Of a DNA stretch of 43,377 nt, positions 1-8,905 are shown piece after piece; the stretch's first letter is position 1, and each line of letters opens with the position of its first letter. The DNA is taken from assembly GCA_001724265.1 (NCBI GenBank), contig MEDY01000264.1, forward strand, positions 1 through 43,377, given 5' to 3'. A program made the position numbers and the translations under genes. This DNA is from Rhizaria sp. SCN 62-66 (taxonomy: Eukaryota). The notes beneath the pieces were generated by a model. That model searched no databases. It was not told the DNA's origin and saw nothing but the letters and a program-made list of their open reading frames with translations.

Positions 1-509
1 CGATGGTCTGGTCGGAGGGCATCTGGCCGTCGGGCTGGATGCCGTGCTCCAGGCAGTAGAGCTCCCAGCAGGCGTTACCGACCTGGATACCGGCCTGTGA
101 TTGTGAAAAAGACAAGCGAGTGGTTCAAAAGCAAATAAAAAGCCGAGGGTCAGGGGAAGTTCGAAGAGGAAATTTGAATTGGCAGGCAGACATGGAGAGA
201 AACGGTCGAGGCAACGGTCGTTGGAAAAGTGCATGTTCCTTTATGACGTTCATAAAGATTACAGTTTAAAACAAAACTATCATATTCGTATAGGCGGCTC
301 CCTTGCGCATCCCATGAATGCTTTGCGTTGTGACTTTGACGGAAACTAAAGGTGGTAAAGTCCTTCAAAGTAACGGCAGAGCAAAAACGGTAGCGGTTGG
401 AGGAAGGGTGATTCTTACGAGGCAGAAATGACAAGCAAAAAGCGCGCAATAGCGCGTAAGAAAAATAAAAACGTACCTGGCCGATGTGGATAGAGATAAC
501 CTCGCGCAT
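1..509 (-). CDS. TUBA: Alpha-tubulin, 5' part (exon 1 509-477, exon 2 94-<1; continues beyond the window)
   Basis: Spliced translation [42 protein letters not shown] is the canonical alpha-tubulin N-terminus. Phase-0 intron 476-95 has a GTACGT donor and TCACAG acceptor. Confidence 0.97.
95..476 (-). other. Spliceosomal intron of alpha-tubulin (382 nt, phase 0 after Q11)
   Basis: GTACGT...CAG boundaries; removal restores the conserved HIGQAGIQVG sequence exactly. Confidence 0.93.
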
Positions 510-1551
510 GTTGTTTGATTTAGATCCTGTTATGGAACCTAGGCAGAAATCTTGTGATTCGCCAGGTCTCCTCATCTCGCTCCCCCAGCCCCCCTAGCCA
601 CCTCTACCCTTAGCCGCAGTTTAAGGGTCCACAGTCAGTGACCGGAAGGAAATTTGCATTTGTTGCGTGTACTCTTTTTATAATTATTTTTTTCTTTGCT
701 TTCAGTCTAACAATTGGTGTGTCTTATTCGGTGCCACAACGGTTTTGTCTTTGGGGCGTATGATGTGTGTCAAAAGTTGTGAAATGTGGTCAGCCTTTTA
801 TAACCTTTCAATTTTATACATCAATATTTTTGTATTAAGAAACAAAAATTCTTAAACCATGTACAAATCTAATTTTACAAACATAATCTGCCATTTTATT
901 TCGGATATCCAGAGAAGTACGACTTTGGCCCCACCTGAAACAGTTTCTGGCGATCGAAAAAAAGATCGCCCATAATTGATATGCAACAAAAACAATGATC
1001 AACACAAACTGCCGCGGCGATGACTCCAAACACAGAATGAAAGAGAAAACTTTTCGTTGAAAATTGGAATGAAGCTTTAGTTGTGGCGTGCAGACATGGT
1101 TTACATGCATATGATATTAGTATCAGGTATAACAGCGTCACAGCGCATACTGCACACTTGACGTAGTCACAGACAGTCATGATGAGGGAGTTACCAGCTG
1201 GGATTTACTTATATACTGCCTTGGTGACTTGTGTTGCGTACTTTGATGTAGATTTCAGCTTTGATTGCTTTGTCAAGTCGTTGCAGGACTCGAAGATACA
1301 ACTTTCGACAGCGACGCAAGTCGCCGCAACGAGGATCCAACAAGGATAACAAACACTCACGAAAAAAATATACCCAGGAAAGATTCAAGCAACTCAAGGA
1401 AAGACATTTTAAGTTGTCTCACTACCATAGTCGATATTTTTCATGAGATAGCCCTTCTTTAGTGCACATTTGGAGTCCACGACCACACTGTCTTTCGGTC
1501 GGTCCTTCGGGCCGCTGTGTTGACCAACAAGAGTGCTCTGAGGCTCTTTTG

Positions 1552-1621
1552 ATGTATGCCTTATTGAAGAGGTCCAAAGCTGTATTTAACAGCGGAAGCC
1601 CAGTTTCTCCACAGTTACCAG
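1552..1621 (+). CDS. Putative upstream coding exon of the ThiI-desulfurase gene (MYALLKRSKAVFNSGSPVSPQLP-G)
   Basis: ATG at 1552 opens 23 codons + 1 nt up to CAG|GTACGT at 1621/1622. Splicing to GACAG|GA at 1812/1813 gives GGA followed in frame by ATG 1815. Confidence 0.6.
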
Positions 1622-1812
1622 GTACGTCTTTCTAACCGTTTATTTTTGTATTGTTTCCTCGATAAGATTGTCTTAGCCGACCTGTTTTGCGCGCCCCCCC
1701 AACACCCTGCTTTTGCGCATAACTTTACGCTAACCTCACCCTTCCCCACCGCTCTGTTTCGCTTCTGCTTCACGCTACCCCACCCCTGACCCCGTCCGAT
1801 CACGCGAGACAG
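1622..1812 (+). other. Putative intron (191 nt) upstream of the main ThiI-desulfurase exon
   Basis: GTACGT donor identical to other introns in the window, pyrimidine-rich body, CTAAC/CTGAC branch-like motifs, CAG acceptor at 1810-1812. Confidence 0.7.
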
Positions 1813-1814
1813 GA

Positions 1815-4800
1815 ATGTACAGTCACGTTTTTGTGCGACTCAAGTCGCGTTTCGGGCAGAAGCCCTCCGAGGGTCTGGCTAACCGCAAGAGCGTGGACGC
1901 CGACGCCAGCGCCAAGCTCCAGGGTTACATCTCCGAAGTCATGAACTTCTCCCACTGCCCCAACAGCTTCGCGTGGAAGCTTGCGCACCCGGTCAACAGC
2001 CCCGCCGAGATGCCCGCGGCTGTGCGCGACGTGCTCGTCACCTCTGCCAAGGTCGAGTCCTTCTCCCCGGCCATCGTCACAGTGCCTGCGGGCGTCGCTC
2101 CGCCCGTCGCGGCTCCAGGCGCCGCCGCGCCCGTGTTTCCCGACCCCGCGGTGCCGCTGCCCGCGTTCACCGCGGCGCCCACGGACGAGACGCTGCCCGT
2201 CCCGACCTTCGACGAGATCATGGCGGGCTTCGAGCGCCTCGTCCAGTCTCTGCCGGCCGACTCGTTTACGTCGTTCTCACTCAAGCTCAACCCTTTCCGC
2301 ACAGGCTGCATGCCCGCGCGCGAGCTTGCCGTGGCGCTGCGCGACGCGATCATCGCGCGCATGGAGAAGGACGACAAGTGGTATGACCGCTCCTTCACCG
2401 CCAAACGTCTCACGGAAGAGCTGCAGCAACGTCTCACCGCAGAAGCTGAGGCGCGCGGCGCGTCGGCCGCCGAGATCGCCGCCGCCAAGGCCGCGAAGCT
2501 GCCCTCGACGCCGTTCTACCTCGATATGACGCGCGCGATCGGTTTCTGGTCTCCCGTCTCCGAATCGGGCGGTTCCGTCGCCGCCGCGATCGCCAACGAG
2601 CCCTTCTCGGCCAAGGGCCGCGCGCGGTCAGACGCTGAGAAGCGCGTCGCTGCGGGCAAGTCGGACCCGCGCACACGCGTCGCGGACCGCGTGGTTGCGG
2701 TCAAGATTGGCGAAGTGTTCCTCAAGAAGGGCAATCGCTCCAAGTTCGTGATGCAGCTGCAGAACAACATCCAGCACAAGCTCGGCGGCCGCGGCCAGGT
2801 GAAGCGCGAAAACCACAACTTCCTCGTCGTGCCGCCCGCCGCCGCTCCGGAGGGGTACGTGTTCACTGACGACGACTTGGAGTTCATCATCGAAGCCGTC
2901 AAGTGCGTCGCCGGCGTCGATACCGTGTCCCCTGTGATCCGCACCGGCACGGACATGGCTTCGCTGGTGACGGCGTACCAGTATCTCTGCGCCGTCGCGG
3001 GCGCCAACAACGAGCACCCCGTCACCGCCGCGGCGCCCGTCGCCTCGCCGTCGATCCTGTACACGCCGGCCGACGCGCGCGCCGCGGCCGCGATGCTTTT
3101 CGCGCCCGCCTCCGCACGCTACGCCGCCGGTGTGACACCCCACGAGCTCGAGCTCCGCGCCGCCGCCGCGGACTCGCTGCTCAGCGTCACACGGCTCGGC
3201 GCGCGGCTCGACGTGCACCTGCACTCGTCGCCGCTCTACACGTCCAAGACCACGCTTGCGCGCGAGCTGGCGGTGGCGGCGCGCAAGGAGACCTCAGTGC
3301 TCGTTGGCGGCTCTGTCTTCATCCCGCACCCCGGTCGCGTGTACGCTGAGGAGCAGGAAACCGCGGCCGCCGAGCGCGCCGCACGCCGCGAGGCTTTGCT
3401 CGCGGACTACACTGCGCAGCGCGCGAAGCTGCTGGCGGCCGAGTCTGGTGTGTCTGCCGAGTCCGCGGCGGAGGAGGCCGCCAAGGACGCCGCCGCCGCG
3501 GTCGCCGCGCAGGCCGCCGCCGACGCCGCCGCGGCCGCTGCGGCCGAGAACGCGTCCACGTGGGTTGCCCCGCGCTCCGGCGCCCACCTGCGGCTCGATG
3601 TGACGGAGCACGTCGCGTACTTGGGCTTCAGCAGCGGCCCGGATTACATCGACGCGATCGGTGGCCAGCCCACGGCGACGGGCGGTGAGACGCAGACCGT
3701 TGTCGCGCTGCTCTCGGGCGGGATGGACTCCCCCGTTGCGGCGTTCTCCATGATGCGCCGCGGCATGCGCGTCATTCTGGTCCACTTCCAGAACGCGAAC
3801 CTCGCCGACGAGGACACGGTCAAGCACAAGATCGTGCAGCTTGCGGAGCGTCTGTCGCGGTACCAGATCTCCACAGTGCTCCACATCGTGCCTTTCAGCG
3901 CGATTCAAGACGCGATCATCATGGAGGTACCGTCGCCGGCGCGCATGCTCGTGTACCGGCGCTTCATGTTCCACGTCGCCGCGCTCGTCGCGAACAAATA
4001 CAACGCGCGTTTTCTTGTGCTGGGCGACGCGCTCGGTCAGGTCGCGTCACAGACTGCGTCGAACATGTTCGCGTCGTACATCAACACGCCGCTGCCTATT
4101 CTGTCCCCGCTCGTCGGCTCCAATAAGCGCGACATCATGGCGACGGCGGAGAAGATCGGCACGTACGCAATCTCCGCGCTGCCGTACGGCGACTGCTGCT
4201 CGTATTTCCTCGCCAAGCACCCGCTGACCAAGATCAAGCCTGAGGTGCTGTCCTCGTACGAGGCCGCGGTGGGCGCCAAGTCCCCCGGCGGCGCGCTCCA
4301 GCTGGTGCGCTCGGCCTTCATCGCGTCTGCGATCTTGCGTTGGGAGCGCGCCGACGGCTCGCAAGAGGTGTTGCGCGAGGTTCAGCCCGTGCAGTCGGTG
4401 TACCACGAGCAGGTTGCGAAGCTGCTTGAGTCGTGCCCGATGCGGCCCCGTGACGCTGATGACGACGATGAGGGCGGCGACGACGCCGCGGACGACGAAG
4501 ACGGCGCTGCTGAGGGCAAGGGCAAGGGTAAGGGCAACAACAAGAAGGACAAGAAGGGCGGCGACAGCGCTGCTGCTGCAGTAGTGGAGATGAGTGACGA
4601 CGCCGTCCTCGCCGGCGCCAGCGCGGCCGCCGACGACGCCGGCGCGGTCATCGACATCAACAGCGCGCGCGACGCCTGTAGTACCGAGGCGGGCGACGCC
4701 GCGGGCCCGCGTGTGAAGCGCGCGCGCGGACTGCACGGCGGTGAAGTTGAGGTTCCCGGTCAGCTGCGGCTCGGTTCTGCTCTGCGCCACACCGGCCTCT

Positions 4801-6821
4801 CTGTGTACAACCCCAACTTCCTTGCCTCGCTCAACAACGGCACCAACGCCTCTGCTGGCGGCCACAACAACAGCAGCGCTTCGTCTGCGTCTGCCCGTGC
4901 TGCCGGGATGACTGACGGCGAGGATACCACGACCCCGCTGACCGCGCTTGCCGACATGGCGTCTTCGACCGCAGTTTCAACCGGCGCCGCGCTGCCCGCC
5001 CCGCGCGCCGCGACGACGCGCGCGTACTTCGACAACGCGGCCACCACGCCGCTGCTGCCGCGCGCGCTGGCCGCGATGCTGCCGTTCCTCGGCGGCGCGG
5101 CGTTCGCGAACCCGTCCTCACAGCACTCTGCGGGCCAAGGCACCGCGGCTATAGTCGATGAGGCGCGCCGCGTGCTGCTGGGTCTGCTCAACGCCCCCGT
5201 GGCCGCCGCAAGCCAGGTCTCGCACGAGGCCGCCGCGGCGTCCGCTGCGGCCGAGACCGGCAAAGTCGGGCTCGCGGGCAAGAAGGGCAAGGACCAGCTG
5301 CTCGCCTTCACCTCCGGCGGCACCGAGGCCAACAACATGGCCATCATCGGCGCCGCACGCGCTGCCGTCGAGCGCGCGGTCAGCGACGTGCGCGACGCCG
5401 GTATCGCCGTCGCCGGCGCCCGCGCCAGTGCAGCGGGGACGGCGACCGCGCTCGCGGCCACCGCGTACACGCACCTGCGCGTGCACCTGGTGACGTCGGG
5501 GCTGGAGCACAACGCCGTGCTCGAGGTCGTGCGCGCGCTGCAGACGTCGCCACAGCTCCTTGCGGGGGGCACGAACCGGCCTGCGAGCAACGTGACACTG
5601 GACCTCAACGTCAAGGTCTCGGTCGACGTGACGTACGTGCGCAACAACACCGCTGGCGTGGTCGATGTCTCGCACGTCGAGTATATCCTCGCGCAAGACA
5701 ACCAGCGGCTCGCCAGCGCGCGCGCCGTGTCGGCCGCCGCGGGGTATCTTAACAGCGCGCCTATGTCCGAGACCGGGTACCCGTCGGTCGCCACGCCTGT
5801 CCTCACACTCGTGACGCTGATGCACGGCAACAACGAGGTCGGCACGCTCCAGCCGCTGGCGCGCATCGGCGCAGCGCTGGCGAAGCACCGCGCCGCCGGG
5901 GCCGCGGCCGTGCCCACGGTCTTCCACACCGACGCGTGCCAGTCGTTCGGCAAGGTCCACCTCGACGTGCGTGAGTGCGCGCTGGACCTGGTCTCGATCA
6001 ACGGACACAAGCTCCACGGCCCCAAGGGCGTCGGCGCGCTCTACGTTCGCCCCGGCGTCGCGCTTAGTCCGCTCGCGGTTGGCGGCGGCCACGAGGGCGG
6101 GGTGCGGCCCGGCACGCTCAACGTGCCTGCAATCGTCGGGTTCGCCGCCGCCGCCGCGGACACCTTCGGCGTTACGACGTCGCTGCTGGATCCAGCACTG
6201 GCGCCGCTGCCGGTCACCGCGCCGCTCGTCCGCGCCGTCGCGCCCCTGCCGACGTCGCACTTGGTGGCGTCGCGCCCCGGGATGCCGCTGCCGAGTCTCC
6301 GCGGCGCGCTGGTCGATATCGCGCGCTTCGTCAAGACGGTGTTCCCCCGCGCGCATATCAACGGGCCCTTCGCCACCGCCGTGCCATTCGCTGCCTCGTC
6401 CCCTGCCTCAGCGGCAACGGCTGCGACGGACAGTGACGAGGCCGAGGCCAAGACTGCTGCGAGCGCTGCTGAGGCCGCGACGGCGCAGGAGCAGGAGCAG
6501 GAGCAGGGCGTCCAAAGCGCTCTGCCCAACATTCTCTCCGTCACTCTCGACCGCTCCGGCTGGCTCGACGCGTCGACTCTGATCAAGTTCATGTCTTCCC
6601 GCGGTGTCGCTGTGTCATCGGGCTCGGCCTGCGCGTCCAACGCGGAGCCCGCGCCGTCGCACGTGCTGCTGGGTATGGACGTGCGTGCCGAACAGGCCAA
6701 CGCCACGGTCCGTCTTTCGCTGGGGCGCATGACTACGCCCGAGGAGGTGGAGCACCTTAAGAAGGTGCTGGGCGAGGTTAGCGCGCTCAAGGAGAGCCGC
6801 TTCAAGCCCCTTAGCCGGTAA
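1815..6821 (+). CDS. thiI: Fusion protein: ThiI-type tRNA 4-thiouridine (s4U8) synthase (two NFLD/THUMP modules + PP-loop catalytic domain) joined to a C-terminal PLP-dependent group I cysteine desulfurase (NifS/IscS/NifZ-like)
   Basis: ThiI motifs: KIGEVFLKKGNRSKF (~2703), PP-loop LLSGGMDSPVA (3714-3731), GDALGQVASQT, KIGTYAISALPYGDCC (DCC at 4191-4199), KHPLTK. Desulfurase motifs: YFDNAATTP (5025), NPSSQH, FTSGGTEANN, EHNAV, MHGNNEVGTLQP, FHTDACQSFGK, PLP lysine in GHKLHGPKG (6009), catalytic SSGSAC (Cys 6630-6632), PSHVL, VRLSLGR. One uninterrupted 1668-aa ORF ending TAA. Confidence 0.93.
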   Translation: MYSHVFVRLKSRFGQKPSEGLANRKSVDADASAKLQGYISEVMNFSHCPNSFAWKLAHPVNSPAEMPAAVRDVLVTSAKVESFSPAIVTVPAGVAPPVAAPGAAAPVFPDPAVPLPAFTAAPTDETLPVPTFDEIMAGFERLVQSLPADSFTSFSLKLNPFRTGCMPARELAVALRDAIIARMEKDDKWYDRSFTAKRLTEELQQRLTAEAEARGASAAEIAAAKAAKLPSTPFYLDMTRAIGFWSPVSESGGSVAAAIANEPFSAKGRARSDAEKRVAAGKSDPRTRVADRVVAVKIGEVFLKKGNRSKFVMQLQNNIQHKLGGRGQVKRENHNFLVVPPAAAPEGYVFTDDDLEFIIEAVKCVAGVDTVSPVIRTGTDMASLVTAYQYLCAVAGANNEHPVTAAAPVASPSILYTPADARAAAAMLFAPASARYAAGVTPHELELRAAAADSLLSVTRLGARLDVHLHSSPLYTSKTTLARELAVAARKETSVLVGGSVFIPHPGRVYAEEQETAAAERAARREALLADYTAQRAKLLAAESGVSAESAAEEAAKDAAAAVAAQAAADAAAAAAAENASTWVAPRSGAHLRLDVTEHVAYLGFSSGPDYIDAIGGQPTATGGETQTVVALLSGGMDSPVAAFSMMRRGMRVILVHFQNANLADEDTVKHKIVQLAERLSRYQISTVLHIVPFSAIQDAIIMEVPSPARMLVYRRFMFHVAALVANKYNARFLVLGDALGQVASQTASNMFASYINTPLPILSPLVGSNKRDIMATAEKIGTYAISALPYGDCCSYFLAKHPLTKIKPEVLSSYEAAVGAKSPGGALQLVRSAFIASAILRWERADGSQEVLREVQPVQSVYHEQVAKLLESCPMRPRDADDDDEGGDDAADDEDGAAEGKGKGKGNNKKDKKGGDSAAAAVVEMSDDAVLAGASAAADDAGAVIDINSARDACSTEAGDAAGPRVKRARGLHGGEVEVPGQLRLGSALRHTGLSVYNPNFLASLNNGTNASAGGHNNSSASSASARAAGMTDGEDTTTPLTALADMASSTAVSTGAALPAPRAATTRAYFDNAATTPLLPRALAAMLPFLGGAAFANPSSQHSAGQGTAAIVDEARRVLLGLLNAPVAAASQVSHEAAAASAAAETGKVGLAGKKGKDQLLAFTSGGTEANNMAIIGAARAAVERAVSDVRDAGIAVAGARASAAGTATALAATAYTHLRVHLVTSGLEHNAVLEVVRALQTSPQLLAGGTNRPASNVTLDLNVKVSVDVTYVRNNTAGVVDVSHVEYILAQDNQRLASARAVSAAAGYLNSAPMSETGYPSVATPVLTLVTLMHGNNEVGTLQPLARIGAALAKHRAAGAAAVPTVFHTDACQSFGKVHLDVRECALDLVSINGHKLHGPKGVGALYVRPGVALSPLAVGGGHEGGVRPGTLNVPAIVGFAAAAADTFGVTTSLLDPALAPLPVTAPLVRAVAPLPTSHLVASRPGMPLPSLRGALVDIARFVKTVFPRAHINGPFATAVPFAASSPASAATAATDSDEAEAKTAASAAEAATAQEQEQEQGVQSALPNILSVTLDRSGWLDASTLIKFMSSRGVAVSSGSACASNAEPAPSHVLLGMDVRAEQANATVRLSLGRMTTPEEVEHLKKVLGEVSALKESRFKPLSR

Positions 6822-6867
6822 GCACTTAGATGTGCTGCGCTGTGCTGTGCTGGGCGAGGTCAGCGCG
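6765..6867 (+). repeat. 21-nt direct repeat spanning the CDS end and 3' UTR (GTGCTGGGCGAGGT[T/C]AGCGCG at 6765-6785 and 6847-6867)
   Basis: Two copies with one mismatch read directly from the sequence. Confidence 0.75.
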
Positions 6868-7381
6868 ATATATATTGTCTGATGGGGGGTGAGGTTGAGA
6901 GCCACCTGTCGTAATTATTGTATGTTTGAGAGATTTTGTTGTTTCTGTATGATGTTGTGTGTTGGTTGATCGTTAAGCTCGCACACACACGCACAGATTA
7001 CGTATGGCGATGAATTTGCTGTAGTCCTAGTTGTTGTTCTAAAACAATTTTCAAGACCTTTTATTTTAAAAAAAAGGTTGTTCGTTATTTGGTTTTCATA
7101 TTTTATTTGTTGCAATCGCACGTATACTCAGTAAACTTAACATAATACAAGTTGTCTTCAAGCAAAACACGTATTATTACTTTGCTTTGTACATGTATTG
7201 CTTTGTATTGCTATTGTTTTGCCATTGGCCTGCTGCATAACCCAGTCCAACACTGCACTGATTAGAATAATATTAATAAGAGCAACGTGAGAGCATTTAC
7301 TTGCTTCCACACAGATTCACATTGCACTTTCCGGACAAGAGCACTAAACTAGCGGCGTAACGAGAACACCTATCGCACAAC

Positions 7382-8306
7382 TCATTTGTTCTTACCTGCC
7401 GCCTCATATGTAGCCCAGTCAAACGCGGCCAGCCTCTCCTCCTCCGACATCTGTCCCGCGCGCGCGGCCTCAATGGCGTCAGCCTCGGCGCGCTCCCGAA
7501 GCGACGGCCCCGTCCCGCGCGGCAGCAGCTTCATGTGCGTCGGGGGGAAGATGACTGCGCGCGCTGCGCCGAGGACGAGGTGTGCGTAGGTGGAGCCGAA
7601 GTCGCGCGAGTCTTGCGATGCGGGGCCGTTGTCGCCCTCCAGCCACACGCGATTCGCCGGGACCGTGCCCTATGATAATCCGCGAACAAAGCAAGAATGA
7701 AGCAAAGAGCAAGTGAGTTTGAAGGAGGTGGCATTGATTTGACGACAGTGAGGCGAGGTAGACACGAGATAAAACAGGAAATGAGCAATACACGGATGAT
7801 GATAACGTACGGAGATAGCAGTGCCGGAACGAAGACGCGAGTGAACAACGTCACCAGCGATGCCGAGAACGCGCTTCACAAGCGTAACGTTGGGGTCATA
7901 CGGCGCTGAAATGCATACGATGTCACCCACGCGCACGTCGGCCGGCGGTATGCGCTCCAGGAGGAGCAGATCGGGCAAGCGTGCGTCCGGGTCGGGATTC
8001 AGCGTCGGTGCCATTGACTGGCCAACGACTGGGGGCGCGTGACAGCGTGCAAAGGGTGCGCAGAGAGGGAACAGTGTTGAGTTTCGCACATGAGCCCAAG
8101 ATAAGAGAAGGGTTGAGTGAGCGAGATATCGAGCAAGCAGAAAGCAATGCCACTAAAACACATTAGAAAATAACCAGATTCAAACATAACATGCATGAGA
8201 ACGTACCAACGGTAGGAACAACGAAGTGTGTGGAGAAAACAGTGGCTGCCATGAACGGGACAGCGACACTGCCAACCACCTTTAGGAGCGAGCTGAATTG
8301 AGACAT
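7382..8306 (-). CDS. Mitochondrial inner membrane peptidase subunit (peptidase S26, IMP1/IMP2 family, IMP2-like); exons 8306-8207, 8028-7811, 7669-7382; 201 aa
   Basis: Spliced protein MSQFSSLLKVVGSVAVPFMAATVFSTHFVVPTVVVGQSMAPTLNP...GDIVCISAPYDPNVTLVKRVLGIAGD...GTVPANRVWLEGDNGPASQDSRDFG...IFPP. Catalytic Ser (GQSM) and Lys (VKRV) present. Both introns are GTACGT..AG with matching phases (1 and 0). Stop TGA. Confidence 0.9.
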
Positions 8307-8905
8307 GGTATGTCACTTATACGCTTTATAATAACAACAACTAGCTCTCGAGTCAAGATGATATCACTTCAAGCTAGTGTTGTATCTATTGACGGACGAT
8401 GTGCGACTCTATGGTCTTACAAAGTTGGACTTCCCAAAGTCCTGTTCACATCAAGGAGTGCTAGCCGCAGCAACAGTCACGCTGACTGGTGACAACTTCA
8501 ATCAGTTTCAACATTAGGGACGAATCAGCACTTACTTAAAGTAAAGAGAAGTATAAAAGAAATGGGTTTGTATTTAAAACATGTGTCTACAAAGGCGAAT
8601 ATAATCTGTACAACCACGAAAGCACGCGCATTTTGCGAAGGCGTACTCACACTTGTTTAAAAGTAAACTAAACGGTTATTTTCTGTTTTTGCATTTTTGT
8701 TTTGTCTCCTGGTTATTCGTGTTCTTGACGTTGATGTGTTATCTTTTTCTTTGTTTTTGTCTTGCTTTTTTTCCCGTTATCTTCACGTCGCTGATTGATA
8801 TCTCTCCGATGCGATCCTATCTCTCTGGCACACCAACAGCTCCAAGAACATAACAAACCAGCAGCTCACACACACAATTCCTCCTCACAGCACCGAGTTC
8901 TGCGT

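Noticed and set aside
150-575. 141-aa ORF containing [11 protein letters not shown]
   Set aside because: It is tubulin exon 1 read into the intron and 5' UTR, not a separate protein.
667-1462. Short ORFs and an ATGATGA (C-box-like) motif at 1179 between tubulin and the ThiI fusion
   Set aside because: AT-rich, no recognisable protein, and no properly spaced CTGA D box or terminal stem for a snoRNA.
1815-6821. Bacterial contamination as the source of the ThiI-desulfurase gene
   Set aside because: Contiguous with intron-containing eukaryotic genes, has host-like composition and insertions, and has a probable spliceosomal intron at its 5' end.
1815-6821. Thiamine (thiazole) biosynthesis role for this ThiI
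   Set aside because: That role in enterobacteria depends on the rhodanese domain, which is absent here; the retained THUMP modules point to an RNA substrate.
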